Shown here: positions 52,227-62,056 of the stretch, in pieces
Position numbering within the stretch: the stretch's first letter is position 1
Layout of the letters: each line of letters starts with the position of its first letter
DNA from: an uncultured delta proteobacterium
GTDB lineage: Bacteria > Desulfobacterota > Binatia > UBA9968
Length of the DNA: 64,000 nucleotides
Direction: 5' to 3'
NCBI GenBank assembly: GCA_963804165.1
Contig: CAWDPO010000017.1
Span: forward strand, 384,001 to 448,000
Notes under the pieces: model-generated
Seen by the model: the letters and a program-made list of their open reading frames with translations, nothing else
Databases searched by the model: none
What the model was told of the DNA's origin: nothing
Position numbers and translations under genes: made by a program

Positions 52227-53287
52227 ATGAATCGGGTCATGAAACTGCGAAATTTCACAGCTGTCATCGTTATATTGCTCGTGAGCGGATTTGCCGGTGG
52301 CGCGGGCTACGCGCAAGACAAGGAGTGGCATCACACAACTTTACAACGCCGCGAGGAAGGAGGGCAGAGTTGTCATCTGGGGGCCGACGGACGCGATTGT
52401 CTATCAAAGAATGCAGGAGGCGATGGATAAGCAGTACCCGGGGATCAAGATCGAGTCCTTCGAAAGCATCCCCGAGCCGCTTGTGCAGCGAATCATCGCC
52501 GAAAGCCAGGCAGGTAAGCCGGCGGCGGTCGACGTCATACAGTCCGGGTCGTTGCGAGCGCTGCGGCCGCTGATCGATCGCGATATGCTGGCGCCTTACC
52601 CGGGATGGGAAAAAGTATTCGGCCTCGATGCCGTCTATGCGAACCAACGGTTCGTCGGCGGTTATAATCTGACTTTGCCAATCGCCTACAACACCAAGAC
52701 GGTGAGCGCACAGGAAGCGCCCCGAAACTTGGGAGGATCTCGCCGATCCGAAATGGAAGGGTAGGAAAATCATCATGGAGGCTCGTCTGGTGCCGTTCGC
52801 CATGCTCGGCACCGAATGGGGCAAGGGCAAGGCGATCGAACTCACCAAAAAAATACTTTCACAGCAGCAGCCCCTGATCGTTCAAGGCGGCACAACCGTA
52901 GCCAATGCGCTGGCTGGCGGGCAGGTTTCGATCGCCGTGGGCACTTACGCTTTCACGATCGAAGGCTTGAAAAAACAGGGCGCGGCGGTTGATTGGGTTG
53001 CGGTCTCGCCCTTGCCGGTCCTGACGTCCGCGGAAGGAGTTCTCAAAACCGCGGCTCATCCCAACGCCGGGCGATTTTTTGCCGGCTGGATGGGGACCGC
53101 CGAAGGGCAGAAGATAAGATACGCCGCGAGGGGCCAAGCCATGGAGGTGGGCAGAAACGCAATCGGTAACGTCGCCGAAAGAATCAGGAGCCAGAAACCG
53201 GCAATTATCTTGGAGACGGATAAGACCTTCACGTCGATTCTCGAAATTCAGCGCGAGCTGGGAAAACTGCTCGGCGCGCTGCGATAA
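52227..53287 (+). CDS. ABC solute-binding protein, AfuA type, two frameshifts
   Basis: AARKEGRVVIW, IAYNTK, AAHPNAGRFF. Confidence 0.8.
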
Positions 53288-53333
53288 CAATGAGTTTACC
53301 CTCGCTGGGAAATAACAGAAGAAAAAGACCGAA

Positions 53334-53446
53334 TGTCATCCTGAGCCAGGGGCGAAGGATCTGCTTTCGTTCAGTGGCCGCGACGCTTGGATCGCGTGCA
53401 GGCTTGTAAAAGCAGATTCTTCGTCGCGGCGCTCCTCAGAATGACA
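53334..53446. repeat. REP-like palindrome, same family as the IS target
   Basis: TGTCATCCTGAGC..CGAAGGATCTGCTTT / AAAGCAGATTCTTCG..CTCAGAATGACA. Confidence 0.82.
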
Positions 53447-53498
53447 TTAGTGGGCATCACAGTTTTTGTGCTATTGACCTGTAAAACAAGATCCATCG

Positions 53499-55279
53499 AT
53501 GAGCGTAGCCCAAACCACCCTCGATAGAAGCGCGCGCACGCGGACGTGGCCATGGACTCGGGTGTTATCGGTCCGCTCCCTTGCTTTCGGCGCGACGCTT
53601 GCCGTCGTCTCCTACTTGGTTCTCGTGCCGCTTATTATGTTGCTCTTTGCCAGCGTAAAGAGCACCGAGGATAAGTTGCCGTTCGAAGCCACGGGCATGA
53701 CGATCGCAAATTACACCACGGTTCTGACCAGTCCTTCGACCTTGCCGATCTTTGTCAATACTTTTTTCTTCACCGCCGGCTCGTTGGTGATCGGATTGCC
53801 GCTCGCGGTGCTCATGGCGTGGCTCTTGGAGCGCACCGCCATTCCAGCGCGGCGCTGGATCGCCACGCTGATCCTCGTGCCGATGACGATTCCGTCGCTG
53901 CTCTCGGCGATCGCCTGGATTCAGTTGCTCGATCCGCGCATCGGTCTCATCAACGTCGTGTTGCGCAGCGTTTTCGGCATGTCGGGCGACAGCGGGCCTT
54001 TCGATATCTATTCGCTCTACGGCATGTGCTTCGTCCAAGGTTTGCGACTGGTGCCGTCGGCGTATCTCATGATCGCGGCCTCGTTTCGCGCCATGGACCC
54101 GTCGTTGGAGGAGCAGAGCGCCATGGCGGGCCGCGGGCGTCGCGCAAACGACTCTGCGCATCACGTTGCCGATCATGCGCCCGGCGTTGCTCGCGATGTT
54201 GATTTACTACATCATCGTGGTCATCGAGTCCTTCGATATTCCGGGGCTGCTCGGTTTCACCGCGCGCATTCGCGTGCTCAGCACCGCGATCTATTGGGCG
54301 ACCCATTCTGAAGTGGGATTGCCCGATTACGGGTTGGCTTCGGCCTTGGGAGCGATGGTGTTGGCCGTGGCGTTGTTGCTCATGTGGGGATATCAGCGTT
54401 TGACCGCGCACCAGGAAAGATTCACTACGATCACCGGCAAGGGCTACCGGCCGCGGCAAATCAATCTCGGCGGGTGGACGGTTCCGGCCACGGCGCTCTG
54501 CGTTGTCTATGTGGCGCTGGCGGTGGTGTTGCCGTTCTTGATGCTGATCTGGACCAGCGTGCAGCCGTTCTATGCGGTTCCGTCGGCGGACTCATTCGCT
54601 CGCGTCACTTTCGAGGGCTACTTCAAAATCTGGCAGGAAAGTACGGTCATGCGCGCGCTGTGGAATACCACGGTGCTGGCGCTGGTGACTTCGGCGGCGA
54701 CGATCTTGCTCGCCGTCCTCGTGAGCTGGTTCGTGGTCCGGCGCACACGAGCGGCGGACGGCTTGTCGCATTATCTCGCCACGGTCTCGTTCTTGCCGCA
54801 ATGCGTGCCGAGCATCGTCATCGGCTTGGCGTTTATTTTCGTCTACGTGCGATTTCCGATCCCGATTTACGGCACGCTTGTGGATTATCGCCTTGGCGAT
54901 GACGACGCGCTATCTCGCATACAGCTCGCGCACTATGACTTCCGCGCTGATGCAGGTGCACGGCGAGTTGGAAGAAGCATCGCAAATGTCGCGCGCGCCG
55001 TGGGCCCGCACCCTGCGTAAAATCACCATGCCGCTATTGGCGCCCGCGATGATCAACGTGTTTTTCTGGGTGGCGGTGCATGCGATGCAGGAGCTATCGA
55101 TGGCGCTCATGCTCTACAATCCCGACACGGTGGTCGTGTCGACGATGATCTGGAGCATGTGGCAAAACGGCCGGACCATGGACGCGGCGGTTTTGGGCGT
55201 CATATTGATTTTGCTCTCCGCTATATTGCTGCTCGGCGGCCAATTGTTTGCGCACCTCCGGCGCGATTCCAATTCTTAG
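53499..55279 (+). CDS. ABC permease, FbpB type, two frameshifts
   Basis: Duplicated permease halves, DPSLEEQS, TITGKGYRP, ELEEASQMS. Confidence 0.85.
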
Positions 55280-55392
55280 GCCAAGAGTTGAATTCCTTAG
55301 CGAGCTTGGCGCCTTTGCGGGAAAATTCGATCGGAATTTCTATTCGTGCCAAGACGCAAAGAGCGCAAAGGTTCGGAGTCAGATGGGTGTAA

Positions 55393-56491
55393 ATGATTAG
55401 CGTCAGAGAATTGCAAAAATCATTTGCCGGTGCCAAAGGCGAAGTTAGGGCGCTCCGCGGCGTGTCCTTCGAAGTGGGCAAGGGCGAGCTGTTTACCTTG
55501 CTCGGTCCGAGCGGCTGCGGCAAGACCACGACGCTTCGCTGCATCGCCGGATTGGAGCAGCCGCTGTCCGGGGAAATTCTGATAGACGATCAGCCCGTTT
55601 ACAGCGCGGCGAGCCGCATATTCATTCCGCCGGAGCGGCGCAACATCGGTATGGTGTTTCAGTCCTACGCCATCTGGCCGCATATGACGGTTTTTCAAAA
55701 CGTCGCTTATCCTTTGACGAAAGAGGCGGGCCGCGCCGAGATCGGCGAGCGAGTCGCGGGGATTCTCGACCGATTGAGTCTCGGTCCCCTGTCGGATCGG
55801 CTGGCGCCGAACTTGAGCGGCGGGCAGCAGCAGCGGGTGGCGCTGGCGCGCGCGCTGGTCGCGCAACCCCAGGTGCTGCTCTTGGACGAACCGTTGAGCA
55901 ACCTCGACGCCAAGCTGCGCGAGCAAATGCGCTTCGAGCTGAAGGCACTGCAGGAGTCCTTCGGTATCACGACGGTATATGTAACGCACGATCAGGAAGA
56001 AGCCCTCGCGTTATCGGATCGAATCGGCCTTATGCACGAGGGCGCGTTGATCGAAGTCGGGTCCCCGGCGGACCTTTATCTGCGTCCGGCGCATCGAGTG
56101 ACGGCGGATTTCTTGGGAACAGCAAATTTTCTTCCGGCGCAAGTCGAACGCAACGGCAGCCAGCCGTGGGATGAGATGATGGTCGCGACAGCCGATCGGC
56201 TCGTTCGTCGCGCAGCGCAGCGTAGAATGGCAACCGGGAATGGCCGCGCAGTTGTTCTTTCGTCCGGAATCCGTCGAGTTCCTCGACGAGGCAGCCGCGG
56301 CGGACAGCTCGCCGAACCAGGGCGCCGGCGTCGTGGAACGGGTCACGTTTCTCGGGAATTCCGCGGACGTGATCATGCGCTGTAACGACGTCAAACTGCG
56401 CGTGCGCACACATCCCGCGCGCACGCCGGCTGTGGGCAAAGCCGTCCGTTTTGTTGTGGCACCTAACTCGTGCATTGTTTTTCCGATTTGA
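55393..56491 (+). CDS. ABC ATP-binding protein, FbpC/PotA type, frameshifted in the C-terminal region
   Basis: GPSGCGKTT, FQSYAIWPHM, LSGGQQQR, LLLDEPLSNLDAKLR. Confidence 0.9.
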
Positions 56492-56694
56492 AAGGGAAGG
56501 CTTCTAGAAGCCGCCATGATAGTCAATTTAGGATTAGATCGATGTATGGGCGTGCGGCGCACGCCCTCGTTTTGACACCCCTATATCAGTCTTCCCCCGT
56601 CGAAGGGGGAAGAGGTTGCGGTCGATGCTTGAGGGAAGCTCCCAGCAAGCCAGCCCGGTTTGCGGAAACAGTGGTGCAATTTAGGAGCAGTAGC

Positions 56695-57642
56695 ATGACG
56701 TCAGAAAATATTTCGAATGACAAGGATCAGCAGAACAGCATCGAATGGCGGCTTTACACCAATATGCTGACGACGCGGGTGTTCGAGGAGGCGCTGGTCC
56801 GCTGGGAACATGAGGGGAAGCATTCGGCGCAGACCTTTCCGAGCAAAGGGCAGGAAGCGATTGCGGTGGGAACTTGTTTGGCGTTGGAGCAAGGCGACGA
56901 TGTCATCCCGTCTTTTCGCACGCGCGGCGCGATGGTCGCGATGGGGGTGCCCATAGTCGAGCAGATTCGCGAGTTTTTTCACACGCCGTTCGCCGTAGGA
57001 GATGCGCGCGATGCGCCGCATCACGCGTCGTGGCCGGAGCGCGGCGTGATGCCGGGCTCGACGATGATCGGCGGCCACCTGGCGATGGCCGCGGGCATCG
57101 CATTGGCCGATCAATGCGATCGGGCCGGCAATGTCAGCGTCGCCTTTTTCGGCGACGGCACGCTCGGTTCCGGCGATCTGTACGAGACCATGCATATCGC
57201 CGGCGCGTGGAATTTGCCGTTGATATTGGTGTGCGAGAACAATGGTTGGGAGATGGCGACGGCCTGGTCGAAGGTTCGCAAATCGCGCTCGTTGATCCCC
57301 TACGCCGAGCCGTTCGGTTTTGCGACGCGCAACGTCGACGGTAATGATGCTTTAGAGGTTTATCAGGCGGCACGCTGGGCGCGCGCGACGGCGCTCGCGG
57401 GTCAGCCGGTGTTCCTCGATTGTTTCACGTTTCGCCTCGGACTCTACAGCTCTCACTTCGGCGAGGTGCGGAGCGGTATCGAGGGCGACTTGGCTGAATG
57501 GGAAGCGCGCGATCCGTTGAAACGGTTGGGAGATTGGCTGGTTGGGAAGGGTTTTGCTTCCGCCGCCGATCTCGATCGGTTGCAGCATGAGGAAGAGAAA
57601 CGAATCGACGCGGTTTTTGAAAAAGTAAGGAGTGAAAAGTAA
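56695..57642 (+). CDS. ThDP-dependent dehydrogenase E1 alpha-like subunit (atypical)
   Basis: GQEAIAVG, ThDP motif GDG...CENNGW, VDGND, RDPL. Confidence 0.88.
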   Translation: MTSENISNDKDQQNSIEWRLYTNMLTTRVFEEALVRWEHEGKHSAQTFPSKGQEAIAVGTCLALEQGDDVIPSFRTRGAMVAMGVPIVEQIREFFHTPFAVGDARDAPHHASWPERGVMPGSTMIGGHLAMAAGIALADQCDRAGNVSVAFFGDGTLGSGDLYETMHIAGAWNLPLILVCENNGWEMATAWSKVRKSRSLIPYAEPFGFATRNVDGNDALEVYQAARWARATALAGQPVFLDCFTFRLGLYSSHFGEVRSGIEGDLAEWEARDPLKRLGDWLVGKGFASAADLDRLQHEEEKRIDAVFEKVRSEK

Positions 57643-57730
57643 GGAGTAAGGGAGTAGGGAATGGACGAACCCCTCACTCCTGACTCCTCACTTCTCACTC
57701 TTCCAACGGAGTAGAAGAGGCAAGTCAACG

Positions 57731-58682
57731 ATGTCCACCATGAATTACCGCGATGCCGTCAGCAAAGCACTGCAGGACTCCATGCGCGAGGAGCCGCGCT
57801 TGATTATCATCGGACAGAACATTGCCAGCCACGCGCTCAAGCAATTGGCCGATACCTACGGCACGGAACGAGTGCGCGATTCGTCGATCAGCGAGAGCGC
57901 GATGGTAGGTATGGCCGTCGGTGCGGCGATGAAAGGTATGAAAGTTCGTGGTCATGATCGCCTACGCCGACATCGCGTCGGTGTGCCATATGGCGATCGT
58001 GCAGAGCGCGGCAAAACTTCATTATCTGACCAACGGTCGTCTGAAGTGTCCCGTGATCATCCGGCTGCCGATCGCGCGTTTCCGCGGCCACGGGCCGGAA
58101 GGCAACGAAGTCGGCGCATCGTGGTTTTACAATGTGCCGGACTTGAACATCGCCATGCCGGGCTCGGCGAGCGAAGCTTACTGGAGCTTTCGCCAGGCGC
58201 TGCAACGACCAACGCCGACGCTGTTCTTCGAAGACCGCTCGATTCACATGCGATCGGGAGAAGTGGACGAAACCAATCCCGGCAGCAAAGCGCAGGTCAC
58301 TCGCTCCGGCGACCGGTTGACCATCATCGCTGCGGGACGTACCGCGGCACTCGCCGAAGACGCCGCCGACGAGTTGGCCGGCCAAGGTTATCGCAACGCC
58401 GTGGAGGTGGTAAGCCTGGGATTCATCAAGCCGTTGGATAAGGAAACGGTGCTCAGGGCCGCAAGCAAGACGGGCAGAGTTTTGATCGTGCAGGACGAGC
58501 CGGCAGTATCCGGCTACGCGCCGTACGTCCGTTGCGTGCTCGATGAATTACCGGCGACGAAACTTACGCTGGCGCCGCGCATTCTCGCCGGCGCGGACCA
58601 GTATCTGCCGTACTGGGATGAACGACCGTTTTTGCCTTCCTTGGAAACCGTGATGGCCGCGGCAAAGGAGTTGATGCGATGA
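57731..58682 (+). CDS. ThDP-dependent dehydrogenase E1 beta-like subunit (atypical), frameshifted near 57945
   Basis: ERVRDSSISESAMVG, PTLFFE, IKPLD..KTGRVLIV. Confidence 0.85.
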
Positions 58683-59704
58683 AGGCAAATAACAAAATTC
58701 TGCTGCTGAGTGGTGCGCTGGTTCTGCTAGGGTTTGGACCGGCGATCGCTCAAGTGGCGAATCCTGAACTGCTCGCCCAGGCAAAGAAGGAAGGGCGGGT
58801 GACTTGGTACACCACCGTTTCGATCCCTGAGAGCAAACAATTCATGGACATGTTTGAGAAACAGTATCCGTTCATAAAAGTGGACCTGCTTCGTTCCGGC
58901 TCCGGGCCGCTGGTCAATCGGATCGTCAGCGAGTACGCGGCAAAAACCTACGCCGCGGACGTCTTGCACGGCATGTCCAGCCGCGGCGGATTCACTGTGC
59001 TCAAGCAAAGAAATATCATCGGCCGCTACGACTCGCCCGAGCGCAAATATTATTCCGCCGACCTCAAGGACAAGGATGGATTCTGGTCGTCGACATTTCA
59101 GAACACGTTTGTGTTGGCTTATAACAAGCGGAACGTAAAGCCTGACGATGTTCCGAAAACCTACGAGGACTTGCTGAAGCCCTTGTGGAAGGGCAGGCAG
59201 ATCATCAACGACACGGACAACTTCGAATGGTTCGACGGGCTGCTAAAGTTTTGGGGCCGCGACAAAGGCATGGCTTATTTCAAGCGGTTGGCGCAGCAAG
59301 ACCAGATTTTTCAGCGCGGTGCCCGCGGCCGCATCCAACTCGTGGCGGCGGGCGAAGCGCCGCTGACGATCGGCTACGGCCCGCATGCGCAAAGTTACGT
59401 CAACCAGGGCGCGCCCATCGAGTGGGTGCCGTTGGAGCCGGTCGTGGTTATCGTCAATACCGTTAGCTTGGCGCAGCGTGCGCCGCATCCCGCGGCGGCA
59501 AAACTCCTTATCGACTTTCTGCTCTCCAAAACCGCGCAGACGAAACTTCGCGAGATGAGTCGGATCCCATCGCGCGGCGATGTCGAATCCGATCCGCCGC
59601 GGCTGATCAAGGGGTTTAAGAAAGTGGTGCAAGATATCGAAAATGAACATATGGCGGAGTCGATCAAGCTTTATCAGCAAACCTTCGGTTTGGCTCCAGG
59701 GTAG
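58679..59704 (+). CDS. ABC solute-binding protein, AfuA type
   Basis: AKKEGRVTWY, AYNKRNV, APHPAAAKLLIDF. Confidence 0.88.
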   Translation: MKANNKILLLSGALVLLGFGPAIAQVANPELLAQAKKEGRVTWYTTVSIPESKQFMDMFEKQYPFIKVDLLRSGSGPLVNRIVSEYAAKTYAADVLHGMSSRGGFTVLKQRNIIGRYDSPERKYYSADLKDKDGFWSSTFQNTFVLAYNKRNVKPDDVPKTYEDLLKPLWKGRQIINDTDNFEWFDGLLKFWGRDKGMAYFKRLAQQDQIFQRGARGRIQLVAAGEAPLTIGYGPHAQSYVNQGAPIEWVPLEPVVVIVNTVSLAQRAPHPAAAKLLIDFLLSKTAQTKLREMSRIPSRGDVESDPPRLIKGFKKVVQDIENEHMAESIKLYQQTFGLAPG

Positions 59705-59841
59705 AAGCTGAACTCGTTCAATCGTTCAAATCGTTCAAGCCGTTCAAAACGTTCGGAGGTGGAACGGCGACTTTCGAAGACAATCATGCGGTGTGCCGTT
59801 GACCCAATAAAAATGCGCTTTGAAGATTTCCGGAGCAAATC

Positions 59842-60675
59842 ATGGCGATTGCGAATGTAAACGGAGTCGACATTTATTATGAGACGCAGGGGAGCGGAGA
59901 ACCGGTTTTGCTGGTTCCGCCCAGCTGGTGGCCGTGCGCGACGTGGAATATTGTTGTGGTTCCGATCCTTTCGCAGCGCTATCGCACGATCATGTACGAC
60001 GGACGCGGGACGGGGCAAAGTGGTAAACCCCGGGACGGTTATACCGTGCGTCAGTTTGCCGCTGATGGCATCGAGCTTTTGAAGCAACTCGATGTTACCC
60101 GATGCCACGTCGTTGGCTTCGCAATCGGCGGCCAGATCGTGCAGGCGATGGCGATCGAGCGACCCGATCTCATCGCGAGTTTGACAATAGCTACGACGGG
60201 ACCAGGCTCACGACGGCTCGACGGCACGCAGCGGGAAGTCGGTCCGGAAGCTTTGGAGGAGATCGGTAAGATCGGGTTCGAGAAATACATCCGCAGCCAC
60301 ATCGACAATGACCACATGGCGTACAATCCCGATTACTACCGCGATCATCGCGAGGTGGCCGCGAGTTTGGCGCAGGCGCTATGGGCGGGGCAAAGCACGG
60401 TGGAGCAGTATCATATCCATGAACAAGCGCGGCTTAGCTGGGATACGCTGGCCGAGGCGGCGAAAGTAAAAGTGCCGACGCTGGTTCTTTGCGGCGCGGA
60501 CGATGGCGTCGAACGGCGCGGCAGCACGCCCGCAGCAACTGCGAAAATGCTGGCGCCGTTGATTCCGGGATCGGAGTTAGCACTGATTCCCAAAACAAGA
60601 CATATGACGTTCTGGGATGGCGATGGCGCGTTGATCGCGTTACAAGATTTCTTGGCGCGCCATCCGATTGCTTGA
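59842..60675 (+). CDS. Alpha/beta-hydrolase-fold protein lacking the Ser nucleophile (copy 3)
   Basis: PPSWWPCATW, GFAIGG, GADDG, RHMTFWDG. Confidence 0.88.
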   Translation: MAIANVNGVDIYYETQGSGEPVLLVPPSWWPCATWNIVVVPILSQRYRTIMYDGRGTGQSGKPRDGYTVRQFAADGIELLKQLDVTRCHVVGFAIGGQIVQAMAIERPDLIASLTIATTGPGSRRLDGTQREVGPEALEEIGKIGFEKYIRSHIDNDHMAYNPDYYRDHREVAASLAQALWAGQSTVEQYHIHEQARLSWDTLAEAAKVKVPTLVLCGADDGVERRGSTPAATAKMLAPLIPGSELALIPKTRHMTFWDGDGALIALQDFLARHPIA

Positions 60676-60740
60676 AAATAAGCAGAGTTCAAAGTTCAAG
60701 GTTCAAATGTTCAACGCCGGACCCGAGGAACAAAGCAAAA

Positions 60741-60773
60741 ACTAGGGGCGGGTTTCAAACCCACCCCTAGTTG
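60741..60773. repeat. REP-like hairpin between convergent genes
   Basis: ACTAGGGGCGGGTTT-C-AAACCCACCCCTAGT. It may double as a terminator. Confidence 0.6.
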
Positions 60774-60815
60774 TATACTTCGTGTTCTTCGCGTCCTTCG
60801 TGGTGAATATGTTTC

Positions 60816-61673
60816 TTACGCGAATTTTGCGGTCACCAGCATCGAAAGCTTGCCTTCGCCATCCAACGCCCACAGCTTCGCTTCGCGGCCGTCCGCGGAG
60901 GGTGAGCCAGCGAGGGCAACCTTGCCGCTGGTATCGTACACCGAGCGCAGATTCTGAAAATCAAAATTGGTCATGCGGCGATTCGGCAGTTCCCTGCGGC
61001 ACATCTCCATGAGCAACTGCGAGATCAGCGAACTTTGTACGACCAGCCCGGGGAGTTTTTCCACCTTGGTCACGTAGTCGCGATCGTAGTGGATACGGTG
61101 GCTGTTGAAGCGGATCGCCGAGAAACGGAAGAGCAGCGGGGGATTGGGCTCGACGACTTGCTGCCATTTCGCTTCTCCGGGAACGGCGGGCGTGGTCTTT
61201 GGCGCCGCGTCTGCCCGCGCTTCGCTGAGCATGCACATATCGCGTTCTTCGACGACGCAGAGTCCACTTTTAGTGGACAGGCTGTTGCGTTCGATCACCG
61301 TCACCATGGCGCCGCTCGGTCCGTCGTCGATCTGAATATCGGCGATCTCGGTCTTGCGCGTGACTTCGTCGCCGATTCTCAACGGCTCTTGGAACGAAAC
61401 GCGCGTGCCGCCGATGCGACGGCGCGGCAGCGGAATAGGCGGAGCAATTCCTCCGCCGGACGCCTGCCCGTCGGTACGCATCTTGTCCGGCCGGTGCGAC
61501 GCAGGGAATAAGCCGCCGTACCAACCGGGCGGGATCGGCGAGCCTTTGTCCAGCGGTGGATTCTCCAATCCCAACGTGGCGGCGAATTTTACCAGCAGCG
61601 ATGCCGAGACCACGTCAGTAGCGGTTTCACTCTTGCCGATGTAGCTTTTGAAGCTTTCCAAGGATTCAGCCAT
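60816..61673 (-). CDS. Double hot-dog acyl-CoA hydratase/dehydratase (HTD2/mesaconyl-C4-CoA hydratase-like)
   Basis: LPRRRIGG..F..PLRIGD, LLFRFSAIRFNSHRIHYDRDY..E..PGLVV. Confidence 0.82.
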   Translation of the reverse strand: MAESLESFKSYIGKSETATDVVSASLLVKFAATLGLENPPLDKGSPIPPGWYGGLFPASHRPDKMRTDGQASGGGIAPPIPLPRRRIGGTRVSFQEPLRIGDEVTRKTEIADIQIDDGPSGAMVTVIERNSLSTKSGLCVVEERDMCMLSEARADAAPKTTPAVPGEAKWQQVVEPNPPLLFRFSAIRFNSHRIHYDRDYVTKVEKLPGLVVQSSLISQLLMEMCRRELPNRRMTNFDFQNLRSVYDTSGKVALAGSPSADGREAKLWALDGEGKLSMLVTAKFA

Positions 61674-62056
61674 AGCGTTGACCTCCATTTGGATTTGTCT
61701 GTGATGCGAAGACTATTCCCGCGTGAACGGCTGTGTCAAGCCAGCGCAGCATCTTCGACCACCATCTGCCTCATCTAGAGGGTCTAGAGGGTCGTGCAGC
61801 GCCCGGATTTGGACTTGGAATTTGTCAGCGTCAGGGAAACAGGTTTAGATTGCCCGGGAAAGGCGATGCGGTGCATTGTTCGCAGCGCCTATTTAGAAAC
61901 CAGGCCGCCTCTAGGTTTTGGAAAATACGCAGTCCGTGAAAGAAATGCGGAAAACCGTGTATACTCAAACCAGTTCAGTTGGAATGGTTGTCGTTGAGGC
62001 CGTTACAAACAAAGAAAAATTTCCAATTCACTGGTTGAAATTCGGGGAGAATCGAA

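Noticed and set aside
56695-58682. Pyruvate or acetoin dehydrogenase gene symbols (pdhAB/acoAB)
   Set aside because: The catalytic loops diverge and there is no E2/E3, so the symbols are not supported.
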